Below, piece after piece: positions 13,412-28,008 of a stretch of DNA of 64,000 nucleotides (the first letter of the stretch is position 1; every line of letters starts with the position of its first letter). The position numbers and the translations under genes are program-made. The notes beneath the pieces are model-generated. The model saw only the letters and a list, made by a program, of their open reading frames with translations, was not told where the DNA came from and did not search any database. The stretch is from Eledone cirrhosa. Taxonomy: Eukaryota. Where the stretch lies: contig CAXHJY010000601.1 in NCBI GenBank assembly GCA_964016885.1, positions 1-64,000 on the forward strand, given 5' to 3'.

Positions 13412-13695
13412 TATATAGATATACACACACATATACATATACATATACATTTTTATTATATATTTTTTATTTTTTATTATTTATTTTGTTTTGACCTGTT
13501 TAGCTTGATTTGGTTTTTGGCTTGGGTGGTTAATGCTTTCTTGACCACCTTTTCAGTTTTGTATGGCTTCTTAACACATTGTTTAGCTCTGGTTTTTAAC
13601 TATTGAGCACTTTGCCAGTATCATTTCTGATTTTTGCGTTTCGCTTCGCTTTTCCTGCCCGCCGAAAATGCGATTCTTGCTGAATCTTTATTTGC

Positions 13696-13789
<94 letters not shown>

Positions 13790-13825
13790 TTATATATATA
13801 TATATATATACACACACACAAATAC

Positions 13826-13932
<107 letters not shown>

Positions 13933-15499
13933 ATTTAACAATTATTATAATGGATACATGAATTATAAAAATATACATCATTGCTTTTTCTTACATTGTC
14001 AAATTGGGCAAAGCATTAGTACATTGGACAGAAAGCATTGTCGTACTTAATCCTTGTTTCTTGCATTCTCAGTTCAAATCTCACTAAACTAAATTTTGTT
14101 TTTCATCCTTCTAGGTTCAATATATAAAATTACAATTCTAGTGTGATGAAGTGGTAGAATCAATGGAGCCTTAGTTAGAAGGCCTTGGAGTATTTGTTTT
14201 GACCATTATCTTTCTGAGTTCAAATCCCACTTGGGTGGTTGTATTAATCTGTCATCTGGTTTCACACTATTACATTTCCCCTAAGTATTTTTAGGAAAGT
14301 CTATTCTGCTACAAAATTTGGGGCCAGATTTCCAGTTTGAAAATGCTTTCCTTTTTCCCTCTCCTCAAAGGCCCTGAAAAATGGATATGGGTAATTCTCT
14401 CCCTCCTGGCTATGTGGATAGGATTAAAAAAAAATACGAAGGATACAAAATATAAAGAAACATTTATATATGAGAAAAAAAATAAAGCCATCTAATCTCT
14501 CAAGAATGATTAAAAGAATGATCCCAAATTTATGAATTTTAAAATTATGAAAATGCGATTTATTAATTTTGTACTTTACATTTTTCCTCATCTTAGAAAA
14601 ACATGACAAAATTAAAAAGAATAAATATATTTAATACAAAGATACCAAAAAACATACAATATGCTGCCCCTCACTCCCCTTAAAAGTAAAAACAATTAAT
14701 ATAGAAATTTTATGAATTTAAATTATCAAATAAATCTTTTTTTCTTCATCTTGACATTCATCTTCTTTACCTTATTCCCTTCCTTGTCCTCCTCCTTCAT
14801 CTTTTTCTTCTTCTTCAGCATCATCATCATCCTCATCTTTTCCTTGTTTTTTTCTTTTCTTTGTTCTTCTCCATCTCTGCCCCCTTCCACCTCAACATCA
14901 TCACCATTTTCTTCATTATCAGCCTCTTCTTCATATTCTTCATTATCATCATCATCATCTTCTTTTTTTTTTTCTTCTTCTTCTTCTTCTTCTTCTTCTT
15001 CTGCTGCTGCTGCTGCTGCTGCTTCTTAAACAAATGATGTGTACATAACTCAAAGAATAAAATAATCAATACGAAAAACAAATCAAATTGAATGAAAACA
15101 ATTAGTAAAGTAAATTTATATATTTTAATAATTTAAACTTTATCAAATACAAAATATTTCTGTTTTTTTCATTTTTGCAATTTTTTGTTCATTTTTGAAA
15201 CACCACACAATTGCAAAGAATAAAGAAATGAAAAAAAAATGGTTTCAACAATATGTTGGATATATGTATATTTATTATTCAGTTATAAATTGTGAAAGAA
15301 AAACAGTAAAAATTAGACACAATGTGACTATTTTGCATTATATTTTTTAAGCCGGACAATGGCTTTTGTTAATTTTTTCTTTTTTCTTGCATCAAGTTAA
15401 ATTTGTCACCATCCTGTATATATGTATTATATATATATGTATTATATCTGATGCCTAATTTATATTATTTACAGTACTGAGTTTATATGAGAAATATTA

Positions 15500-16600
15500 T
15501 TTGTTGTTATTATCAACACAGTGCTGGTTTGATTTGGTAAAATTGCTATAGTTTCCAATACTGATTGATATCATAAATGCTATTTAGTATTGGCATTGAT
15601 AAAGGCAGTGGATTGGTGGTATCGGTAGAGCATCGGACAATATGCTTTATGGCAAAGAGTTTTGCACCATTACAATCTGAGTTCAAATCGTGCTGAGGTT
15701 AGCTTTTCCTTTCATCCTTACAGGGTCAATAAATGAAAGTACCAGAAATGTACTAGGGGGTGATTTAATCTACTTTCCCCTAAATCAGAAACCATTATTG
15801 ACATTGACAGAACAGTGATTTGATAAAATTGTAATTAATAGTTTGCAATATTGATTTTACATGATTATTTTATTGATTACAAGGGCAGTGGATTGGCAAA
15901 AACATCTGAGCATCAAGCAAATGCTCTTTGCGGCATTTGTGCGAGTTCTTTCTGCTCTGAGTTCAAATCCCACTGAGGTCTGCTTTGCCTTTCATCCTTC
16001 TAGGGTTGATAAAATAAAGTACCCATCATGTATTGGGATTGATGTCATCGACGTTGCTTTCCCCAAACATTTTGGCCTTATGCCTATGTTAGAAACCATT
16101 ATTAGCATTGAGAGAAAAGCTGTGGTTTATTGGTAAAATTATAAAGGTTTGCAATGCTGATTCTATATTAGAAATATCATTTATTATTGGCAGTGACAGA
16201 GCAGTGATTTGTTCTGTGTTCAAATCCTGCCTAGCTCAACTTTGACTTTCATCTTTCTGTGGTTGATAAAATAAAACACTAGTTAAATACCTGGTTTGGT
16301 AAAATAAAGTACCAATTGACCCTATTTGCCAAAATAATTGCTGACCTTGCATTTAAATTAGAAAGCGTTTTTAACTTTGAAACAGTAATTTTTTCATACA
16401 TTCATGTATTAGACAACATTTCTGGTAATGGCCCTTTACATAATGTGTTCAAATACTGTTGAAATCAAATTTTCCTTTCATCCTTCTAGTGTCGATAAAA
16501 TAAGTATTAGTTAAGTACTGCAGTCAAGACAATCGACTGTTGTTACCCACAAAAATATATATATATTTCTGTAGAATTGACAGAGTGGTGTTTTGTCAGT
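15500..16600 (+). repeat. tandem array of SINE-plus-spacer units (about 290-310 bp period)
   Basis: Four decayed SINE cores; spacer motif TGRTAAAATT...GTTTSCAATRYTGATT recurs near 15535, 15820 and 16130. Confidence 0.65.
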
Positions 16601-16646
16601 AGAACTGTTAAGGTGCCAGAAAAAAATGCTTTGTTATGTCCCTTAA

Positions 16647-16849
16647 CTATTTTGTTACCATATTTCTAATGACAGAACCTGCCTATGATTTCTAAATTAT
16701 TTTGAAAATAATCAAGATTTTGGGAGGATTTGGTAATATAAGTAACTTTTCCATCATTAAAATGGTGTTACATAAATATTGTTATTTTGAAATAACAGTT
16801 TTATATCATAGAACCCAGAGTAGCATACGGCAGTTTGATATAAAAAGGT
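16647..16849. mobile_element. TTAA-flanked MITE (second family)
   Basis: TTAA at 16643-16646 and 16850-16853; degenerate TIRs CTATTTTGTTACCA / TGATATAAAAAGGT. Confidence 0.6.
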
Positions 16850-17428
16850 TTAACATTCTGATTTTGTATACTTCTGAGAGTATCTTTACGTTTTCAATTG
16901 TCAAGTGTTGAGAAAATATGGAAAAACCCAGTGAAATACTTATACATGGTTTTATAGATGGCAGCCCTTAATAAACATGTGAAACTTGTTAATATTAGAA
17001 GTAATTATTAGCAATCTGATTTCATTAAACACTTGTTCTTTACATATTACTGTATCAAAGAGAACATCAATTAATATCCTACAAAGTCATTTGTTTAGCT
17101 ACAATTAGGGCTTTGTCAAGATTTTTTTTAATGGGAAAAAATTCATTTTTATCACAGTGTCTACTTGTTTTTGTTTTGTTTCTGTTTTTGCCTGAGAAAA
17201 TATAAAGAAAATAAGGCAAACTGATTTCACAAATGAAAGATCTTTAAAAAAAAATATTTTTTAAATTAAAAAAAAATTAAAAAATATGCACTCATATTTA
17301 GGATTATATATGGGCAAAGCAACAGTAGTGAGTTCATATTATTGTATATATATATGTATGTATGTATCCGTGAGTTATATACCGAATAACAATTTTCGAT
17401 TGCTTGCAAGCAAGCAGCCTCATTATGC

Positions 17429-17478
<50 letters not shown>

Positions 17479-20442
17479 TATATATCTCTCTCTATATATA
17501 TATACATATATATATGCACATATATATATGTATATATATATATATATATACATATATATAATTGTATATATATATATATACATTTATATATATATGTATA
17601 TCTACACACATATGCACATGCACACACACACATTCACACATGCGCATGTATATATTATGCATATACACCGGCTTTTAACTGGGAAAAATAACATGTTAGT
17701 TAAACATGATATAAAAATATAATATAAATAAAAAAACATAATTGTTGATTAGCCCCTCATCCCTATAATCATCCCTATCTTTAAAAAAAAATTAAAAAAA
17801 ATAAAACATAAAAAAAATGATTCAAACAGAACCCAATCAAGAAATTCCTATATAACTCAGCTTGTTTCATTTGTGTTTTTGCGTTTCAATTTTGTTTTTG
17901 TTTTGTTCTGTTTTTCCTTAGCTTGAATTTTTTTTTTCCCCTTTTGCTTTTTTGACTACTAATTTTTAATACATAACGCAATGTTTTGGCCACAAATTTC
18001 AATACTTCTTATGAATATTTTGTCTACTAAATTTTGGCTATTAAATTCAAGGACTTCTCAGTCTAGCAGTGTTAAAATTGATTTTATTCATACATTGTGG
18101 TGCTGATAATTTTATTGAAGATATATATTGTTTAAAGTTTCAATGCAACTAATTTGGAGCTCCTTGAACATTATCGGGGCTCCTGGTTGCAGTCACAAGT
18201 CAGCCATCTATAACATCCATAATGTGGTATTACCTGTCACTCAATACCCTAAGTAATTAATTAACTGTTATCATTATCTCATTGATTTACTTCCTATCAA
18301 TGACTGATAAAAGAAAGTGTAAAGTGATTAGCTAAAATTCTTCATGGTGTACCATTATGAAGCTTTAGATTCTGAGTTTAAAATCTCGCCATCATCAACT
18401 TTGTGTTTTATGCACAATGAGGTAGGAAGGAATCTCGATAAAATAAGTCCCAGTCAAGTACTGGGGTCATTCTAGCCAATTACTTCACTCCCTTAAGGTG
18501 TCTGCTTTATGTTAAACATCATTTTTCTTATCTCATCTTCATAATATACGCCTGTCCCCTCCATTCTTGATACTGAGCCCCATATGAAGAGGGGGTGCAG
18601 CTGGGTGGGTCATTTGGAATTGACATTTTATTTTAAAGGGCTTACTCACCATATTAGAGCCAAAGGGAAGATTTTGGTAAAGTATTACCTTTTTTTTATA
18701 TATTGTTCTAATTATTTTATTCTGTTCTGTTACTTGTAAGTATATTCATGTGCACTACATGTACATATATATATCTATAAGCCTTACATAAACCATATGT
18801 ATTTAGCATTGATTACTAAAATAACAAACAGTTTGAAATGAAACCTACAATGACTGAACATATTATCAGCTTTGCATGTGCCTGCACCTAACAACATCAT
18901 CATTACATTTTGAGTCAATGAGAGAGAGCTTTTACCCAGTCATGTGAGCTACACAGCCATCTTAAAAAGAAAAGGACACATTGACCAATGTAAACTTAGA
19001 TGAACAAAAAGACTGAATAGTTATGGTTGAAATGCCTCTGATCACAGTTCCTGTTCAACCAGATCTGATTTAGAGGTTAAACAACAATAAAATCAACATT
19101 ACAATGCTTTTTAAAAATTGTTTTACTCTTTCATGAATTTAAATTCTGTATAGTTCCCAGATATCTTTCTTCTTCTCTTCTCTACAATCCAAACAATATA
19201 TCCCACAACACCTACACTACCATCACCACTGCTTGACTTAAACAATGAGGTGAGTATTCTCAAATAAATTTCAATATGAATCATTTTGTTCATATGCATT
19301 TTATTTTGACTAAATATATTTTTCCTCTTTTTTTTTTATCATTTTAATATTTTCTTTATATGCTATTCTTTACACTTCCTCGTGTATTATTTATACATAT
19401 ATGTGTCTCTGTGAGTGAGTGAGTGAGTGAGTGAGTGAGTGAGTGAGTGTGTGTGTGTGGGGGGGGGGGTGAAATGTTTACGGCATGGAAAATTGGGAAG
19501 ACCATAGATCAGGGTAGTACTCAATGCATGTTTAGGTACAAAGTTGGCATAGTAATAAATAAAATTTCAACAAAGAGAACATTGCATTGCAGATAAACAG
19601 CAAGCTTGCAGGCTTGCAGGCTATTTGAAATGGAATGAGCTTTTTGTTTGGATTTTACTAATTTATTAAATATCTGGATTATTTTTCAGTGACATTATAA
19701 CTACTAGTTCCATCATAACTGATACATCAGATAATGATTTTAATCCACTTTAACAATTTAAGGTGAACTAAAATCATTGCTTAAATTGCTTGAAACCAAA
19801 TCATAGTGAAACAAGTATCTTGTATGTATGTTTGATATACCTTGTATTCGTATTTGTATTGCACACATGTATTATTGGATTTATTTGTCTAGAGGATGTG
19901 TGTGAGTGTGTGTGTGTGCATAATAGTAACAAATGATCTTACCTTCCAGGATCATGCACATGCTTGACATTGAGGTATGTCTTTTATATCCTTTGTCTAC
20001 ATGATGTAACAAGTTTAGTTTTTCAGTAGTAGTTTATAGGCAAGCATTAGATTTATGATCTCCTGCATTAAGTTTACGATCTGAATTTGAGCGGATTTCA
20101 TTCCCTGGTGTATGGTTTGGCCTTGTAAATTAAAAGGTGTATTTTTTCGTGTAGATTGTCATTTATAGCTCAAGTGTGACTTGGTATTTTTTCTGGGTTG
20201 CAAATGCTGTGCTGATGTTGGAAGAATATTGTTTTGAATTCACAGTTTGTGAGACATATTTTTGCTTTGTTGGAGCAGTTTTTCATCTAGATAACGTCCA
20301 AGAAGTCGATTTTATCAAATCCCACCAAAGTCCACGTTGTCTTTTATTTTTTCAAAGTCAATAAATATAGCACAATTTCAGTACAGCAGTTGATTATTCT
20401 ATACCTTTCTCATAAACACATACAAACACACTCTGTCACTGC

Positions 20443-20527
<85 letters not shown>

Positions 20528-20855
20528 CTTCTCTGGAAGAAATGGGTTGTGTTCAGATATAGAGACAGATTGGCTCTGCCAGGTTTAAATGCCCAAGACA
20601 GCACCACTACAAGTCAATCATGAGTTCAATCTATGGAAGGAAAAAGGTGATTAACCAGTAGACTAAGCATTACATTTTCACCAAAAATCTCTTCATCAAC
20701 TCTAGAAAATATCTATGTAACATAGCATACGTCAATAGATCAATTTTATCTATCACCACTCACTGAATTCTTATACTAAATTATTAGCTAAGTCTCTTCA
20801 GTTTCATTTTCAACTTCGTAAAATCTTATCTCTGTTCTGTTTTAAGATACATGTG

Positions 20856-20968
<113 letters not shown>

Positions 20969-21896
20969 TTATATATAGATAGATAGATGTTATAATTAAT
21001 ATATTTATATCAACTTCATTTTGTTTTTGATTTTATTCTCGAAAAATTGAAAGAAATAATTTATATAAAAATTCATAAAATATTATTTTATTGAATAGTA
21101 TATATATGATTACATTTTATTTGTATTTTGAATGGAATATCCTAGCAATACTCTTTCACATTATATGTGTGTATGGTCTCCAAATATTTTATAATTTCAT
21201 TCTCAGAACTAGACACCTTTCTACAGATTGCATTGTATAGTGTTTTTTGCCACAACATCATGCCTCATAGGTAGAATGTATGTATGTATATATGAATGTA
21301 TGTATGTATGTGTGTGTGTGTATGTGTGTGCATGTATGTATGGATGTATGGATGTATGCATGTGTGTGTGTGTGTGTATGTGTGTATATATGTGTATGAG
21401 TGTGTACCATATTTTTGTTATCTCTTATCAACCTCTTATTTCAGAAATGTTTTTCTTATTTTCAGCATTGTTGTTCTTTGTGTTTGTGTGCCTGTTTTTA
21501 TTTGATTATTTTTACTATTATTTCTCTCATAATTCACAATTAATGCTTTTCTACAGCATTTCAAATAAATTTTTATACAGAACAGTTTCTATTACTACTA
21601 CCACACTATCACTAACATTATCACCACGACCATCACCATCATAACCTTTACACCTGTTAACAATTCTTAATTCTACTCATATAGCTTCATATTATTTTGG
21701 TAGTATTAAAATATATTATTGCAGTCACTCTATATAAAATTTGAATAATATTTATTACTATTAAACTTCGATATTCTCTCATGCAGCTTCTATTTTATTT
21801 CTATGAATTTCTATATCTAACTGATGGCAGCATCAGATAGAAGGGTTGTCATGATCTGAGAATGACACATTAGATCTTGCTCTATAATTTTACTTA

Positions 21897-21958
<62 letters not shown>

Positions 21959-23102
21959 GTCATTCAGATTAAGTTAATTCTAGACCTATGGATAGAATCA
22001 GAGTTATTAAAGTAATATATTTTATGATATATATAAATCCTTCAAAAGATACATTTTCCTTCTATCACTCAGATTAAGTTAATTCTAGAACTGTGGATAG
22101 AATTAGAATCACTAGAGTATCAGATTAAATGCTTTATGATATTTGTTCTAACTCTCAGCACACCAAGTTCATATCTCATCCAAGTTAACTTTGCTTCTCT
22201 TTCTCTTAGAGTCAATAAATAATGAATGTGTAATGGATTTTTGGAATTGCTAGTGTCAGACATGATGCACTGCAGTCTCTCAATCAGCCTCTTGCATTTA
22301 AAACTGAACTCAGCACTAGAAATAAGATGATAAGTGTAAATTTATTAGCCATCCCAGTCTTAAACTACAGCTTCAACATAACAAACTGAAAGTTACATTA
22401 ACTGAAGAGCTTAAGCCAGGAAAATATTGACAGTGTTCTGAAGCCACAAATTCAAAGTTTAGAAAGAATGAATATACTAACCTACACAAAACGAGATGAG
22501 ATGTGTTACAGATGGAAAACTACCACAACATAGCAATAAGGAAACTAAAAATATACATAAGTGCAAACAGAATTAACAAACTGATTAAAGTAAAAGGATA
22601 TATGAAAAAAAAATATCTATATATCAGGAAAGAATTAAATACAATCTGGATATGATCTACTCTCACGAAACTATAAGCCCTTAAGTCACTGATGTAACTT
22701 AAAATAAAGTACCAGTAATGCACTGGGTAATTGCTCGCCTTGTGCCTAAAGTAGAAACAATTACTATTATATAGCATATATCACTCTACTCATGAAATAA
22801 AATATATTTCTTTTATTTCTCCCAGTTGCACATATATGAGGACGTTTGTATGAGCAACATCGAATACAAGTCAGTCTCCTCATCAAAAGCCTGCAATGCA
22901 TTAGAAATATATTACATAACAAAGGCATTGCTGTCTGAGGAAGTTGTGTTAGGGATTGTGTGATGGCAATATTACATAATTAATAACGCCACAGAAATAC
23001 GTATTACAGTGATTTGTGTAATAAAAAGATCTATGAATTATATATATATATATATGTATGTATATATCATCGTTTAAAATCCATTCTCCAGGGTAGCATG
23101 AT

Positions 23103-23181
<79 letters not shown>

Positions 23182-23455
23182 ATATACATATCCATATATG
23201 TGTGTGTATATGCATCTATGTATGCATGTATGTATATATGTATACATGTATGGTGAGAACAACAATATCCTGGTGAAACTATATAAGATAACAATGTATT
23301 GTAATGTCAAACTCTTAACAAAAGTTCGAAAATGAAATTAACACTAAATAAATCTATTTGATCTCATAATTATTCCATTAAATTTCACAAAGGAGAATAC
23401 TGTAAAGTCAATTTACTGTTTGCTGTTGTTGCCTTTTATTAATTTCACATATTAG

Positions 23456-23504
<49 letters not shown>

Positions 23505-23525
23505 ATTATCATTATTATTATTATT

Positions 23526-23689
23526 AGAGGGTCGGACGTCATACTTTTCACCAAAGAGTTACGGCCCTTTATGTTCTGAGTTCAAATCCCGCCGAGGTTA
23601 ACTTTGCCTTTCATCCTTACGGGGTCGATAAAATAAAGTACCAGTAATACACTGAGATAATTGCTGCCCTTGTGCCAAAAGTAGAAACA

Positions 23690-23692
<3 letters not shown>
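23526..23692 (+). mobile_element. SINE, slightly 5'-truncated
   Basis: B box GAGTTCAAATCC, conserved body, (TTA)n tail. Confidence 0.9.
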
Positions 23693-23750
<58 letters not shown>

Positions 23751-23936
23751 TTTGGTAAAGAGAACTGTTAAGAAAAATCAGCTAAATATGCATTTCCATT
23801 GTTCGCAGGACAAAAGAGAGAATAAAAATGTAGTTTCTGGGTCATGTGTTATTAAATTAACCACAGAGAAATTACTGAGAGCCGTACATCTATCTAACTA
23901 TATATATGCATGTACATATATATATATATGTATGTA

Positions 23937-23987
<51 letters not shown>

Positions 23988-24122
23988 TGGGGGGGGGGCA
24001 TGTCTGTGTGTGTGTGTGTATAGATATAGGTATATATATAGATACATATAGTTAGATTGATGCAGACATTAAATGATGATAATATATATATATGTATATG
24101 GAGTTAACAGTACATAAATATA

Positions 24123-24167
<45 letters not shown>

Positions 24168-24201
24168 ATGTGTGTGTGTGTATGTATATATATACATAAT
24201 G

Positions 24202-24284
<83 letters not shown>

Positions 24285-24291
24285 ACATATA

Positions 24292-24511
24292 TTAGAAAGT
24301 GAGGTTTTTTTACAAAATGAAAAAAAAAACGAGGTGTCCTACACAAGTGAAAGCATACGGAAAAAAGATGAAATCGAAAATGCCACTGGAGTCTTTTTTT
24401 AGAAAAATATATATTTATTTGGTTCCTTTACCGGTTTCGCAGTTCTTCTGCTTTTCAATAGAAGAATTGAGATGGAGGGTTTGTGAAACCATTTTGGATT
24501 TCATCATTTTT

Positions 24512-24515
<4 letters not shown>
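24292..24515 (-). mobile_element. PLE-derived element with degenerate HHR and short inverted end
   Basis: Minus strand 24423-24464 TTGAAAA-GCAG AAGAA CTGC-GAAA-CCGG-TA; about 24-bp inverted repeat 24359-24382 / 24490-24513; (TA)n on both sides. Confidence 0.6.
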
Positions 24516-24600
<85 letters not shown>

Positions 24601-25000
24601 TATATACATATATATATATCATCATCATTTAATGTCTGGTTTCCTTGCTAGTAAGTGTTGGATGGCTCGACATAGACTAAGTCAGAACTAAAGCAGGGCT
24701 ACTGACCTCCCAGCCAGGTCAGGGTGTTTGTATCTTGCTTACTTATTATTACTATCTCACATTCTACTAAAGGTACAGGAGATGTTTTCATGTCTACGAT
24801 ACAATTAAAGGGTCATCCCAACCCATTTTAGGCAAGCTTTGAACAACTTCTTATCACCAATCACTTTACTAGGGAGGCTGTCATGTTCTTGACATGACTG
24901 AACTGAAAGGTCTTTTTCTGAATATCTCCTTTTATCTGTCTCCAGGGGTAATTTACCCAATTTTCTCAATTATGTATAATGATCAACTATTATTATAGTT

Positions 25001-25220
25001 GGCAGTGGATTGGCAGTATCAGTAGAGAGTCGAACACCATGCTTTGCAGCATAGAGTTATGATCCTTTACAGTCTGAGTTCAAATCCCGCCATGGTTAAC
25101 TTTGCCTTTCATACTTACGGGGTCGATAAAATAAAGTAATAGTCATGCACTTGGGTTGATTTAATCGACTTTTCCCTCCCCCAAAGTTACTGGCTTTGTG
25201 CCTATATAAGAAACCATTAT
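25001..25220 (+). mobile_element. SINE, full length
   Basis: A box TGGCAGTATCAG, B box GAGTTCAAATCC, conserved body. Confidence 0.88.
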
Positions 25221-25484
25221 TATAGTCATCTAGATTTCTGCTAGTATATAATAATATATATATATTTGATATATATATATCATCATCATCATAATCATCA
25301 TGGACGTTAAATGGTGATGATGATGATGGTGATGATATTGATACATCAAATATATTAAAAGTAGCTAGAAGTTTCATCTTGGGCAGATATGCTATACACC
25401 CACACCCAAACACACACACACATATGCACACATATACATATATGCATCTGTCTGTATGTGTGTATGCCTATGCATTTATGTATG

Positions 25485-25525
<41 letters not shown>

Positions 25526-25642
25526 CAATGAAGATGGATTCAGTTTAAAACTGGTTTGACCATTACACATACTCACACACAGATATATATATATATATAC
25601 TATATATTATATATTATTTATATATATATATATATATTATAT

Positions 25643-25736
<94 letters not shown>

Positions 25737-25913
25737 CATACACACATATATATATATATATATATGATATACTTATATATATGAGTATGCGTATGAGCAT
25801 GTGTGTGCCATGTATGTGTATGCGTGAGATAAGATTTTTCAGTGTTTCACCAAAATAAAATTACAGTATTCCTTTACTTAATTATCCAATTTTACTCTGC
25901 TTCTCTCTCTTCA

Positions 25914-25977
<64 letters not shown>

Positions 25978-26027
25978 TCGACTTTGCTTGGCCACAGCCA
26001 AGGCTTCGATTTTACTAAGCTTCCACT

Positions 26028-26061
<34 letters not shown>

Positions 26062-26423
26062 TCTCTCTCTAACTCTTTCACTTCTTCTATCCAGATCATT
26101 AAATATTATTCATTCCTTCCCTCTGAAGATATAACATGTTACTCTGTTGCTGTTTTGCTTTCTTTCTCTTGTAATTTTTATCAATATTATTGTCGATATT
26201 ATTGTCGGTATTATTTTTGTTATTATTGCCTTTTTTGTTGTAGTTGTTATTACTTTGTTGTTGTTGCTATTGTTCTTATTATTTGTATTTAATTTGAGAA
26301 GAAGAATATATAAATTCTGAAATAGCAATTTTCAGTGAGAAAGACAAAAATTGCTGCACAATTTACTTTCCATTATTCTTTCTATTATCTCCAATTAGCT
26401 CAACCAATTATATGTGTGTGTGC

Positions 26424-26455
<32 letters not shown>

Positions 26456-26532
26456 TTGTGTGTGTGTGTGTGTGTGTTTGTGTGTGTATATTTCTGAACA
26501 TATATCTATCTAATATATCTATCTATCCCCCC

Positions 26533-26599
<67 letters not shown>

Positions 26600-26989
26600 T
26601 AGATAGATTGATAAAACATAATAAAAGGATGTTAAATGATGGGGGTGATGGTGATGATGATGAACATGATGATGATGATAATATTTTCACATCTATATGT
26701 TGCTCTTTACTTCTAAAAGCATCCTTTCCAGTACTTAGTTTCCCAACAAATCTCTTAATACTCTACCCGAAATGTATCAGGATTAAAACATTAACATCTT
26801 CGATGTTCCACAGGATCAAAGGTACAAGGATCAAGAGACTGTCTGTGTCTACTAATAATCTCTGGTGTCTCATTTTCTACCTCTTCCTTCTCTTCTTTAC
26901 CCACACTCACACCTCTCTTCTTCGATATCTGATTTTATGTTCTCAGTATTTACAACCCTTCTGCAATATAGCAGCTTCCAAATCATACA

Positions 26990-27255
26990 CACTGTAAAGT
27001 GGTTGTGTAGGTGACATGAAAAAATCACCCAGTCCACACTGCAAAGTGGTCGTGTAGGTGACACAGTAAAAAGGCTCCCAGTTCACACTGTAAAAAATGG
27101 GGTTGGTGTTAGGAAGGGCATCCAGCCATAGAAAAACTGCCAGAAATAGTTCTGTACCAGCAAGACATGGTCAACTAATCTTGCCTCAAGTAGGACAAAC
27201 CCATCCAACCGTTGCTAACATGGAAGATGGACGTTAAACGATGATGATGATAATG
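26990..27255 (+). mobile_element. RTE-related SINE/LINE 3' end with 3x duplicated CACACTGTAAAGTGG motif
   Basis: GTTAGGAAGGGCATCCAGCC...CATGGAAGATGGACGTTAAACGATGATGATGA; reverse copy at 38040-38195. Confidence 0.7.
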
Positions 27256-27274
27256 ACATATATACATATATATA

Positions 27275-27320
<46 letters not shown>

Positions 27321-27407
27321 TATATATGTATGTAAAAGGTAAACAGAAATAACAACACAGTATAGGGAAGGGATATATTAGGTTAACACTTGATATAGCA
27401 GGAAGAG

Positions 27408-27445
27408 GGTCTTAACGTTTCGGACGATAGTCCTTCATCAGAAGA
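27408..27445 (-). ncRNA. minimal type I hammerhead ribozyme
   Basis: Minus strand TCTT-CTGATGA-A-GGAC TATC GTCC-GAAA-CG-TT-AAGA: 4-bp stem I, 4-bp stem II, self-complementary AACGTT stem III. Confidence 0.8.
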
Positions 27446-27818
27446 AAGAATGAGAAATAAGATAGATTGAGGGGACGGGCGGGATGGAATTGGAAAAAAT
27501 ATCTTTAGATAAAAATAACAGGTCCATTCATGTTGACATCTTGGAGGAGTATATGAGTGCATATGTGTGAACATATTTAGTTCTAAATCTAATACAATGA
27601 AACTTGACTGGGACTTTGAATTACTAGCCACCAAAAGCCTAACACAGATTCCCAGTCAATCCTAGGTGGTGTTACAGATTTGATTCTACTATTAGTATTG
27701 AAACTTCCTATCAGTAAATGTTTCATGATGATGATGGTGAGAAGATGGAGTAAGAAGAAATTATTCACATAATTAATGACAAGAAATATTTCTTTTAATA
27801 TAATTATCATCATTATAA

Positions 27819-28008
27819 GAGTGATCGATTGGCAGTATCGGTAGAGCATCAGACACCATGCTTTGCAACATAGAGCTATAGCCCTTTACGTTCTGGGTTC
27901 ACATTCTGCCGACATTAGTTTTGCCTTTCATCCTTATAAGGTCGATAAAATAAAGCACCAGTAATGCACTGGAGTATTTGCTGGCCTTGTGCCAAAAGTA
28001 GAAACAAT
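27819..28008 (+). mobile_element. SINE, full length
   Basis: A box TGGCAGTATCGG, decayed B box, conserved body. Confidence 0.85.

Noticed and set aside
13520-13560. HHR-like CTGAAAA...GAAA on the minus strand
   Set aside because: Stems I and II do not form in hammerhead geometry; it is only a simple GGTGGT/ACCACC hairpin.
19154-19249. Possible plus-strand exon ending GAG|GTGAGT
   Set aside because: Good donor but weak acceptor, low-complexity peptide and no recognisable homology.
19938-19997. Overlapping splice-like signals on both strands
   Set aside because: Short motifs expected by chance; no coherent reading frame links them to other exons.
26990-27090. CRISPR-like repeat-spacer pattern
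   Set aside because: Three imperfect tandem copies within a retroposon end, with spacers that are also repeated, in a eukaryotic context.
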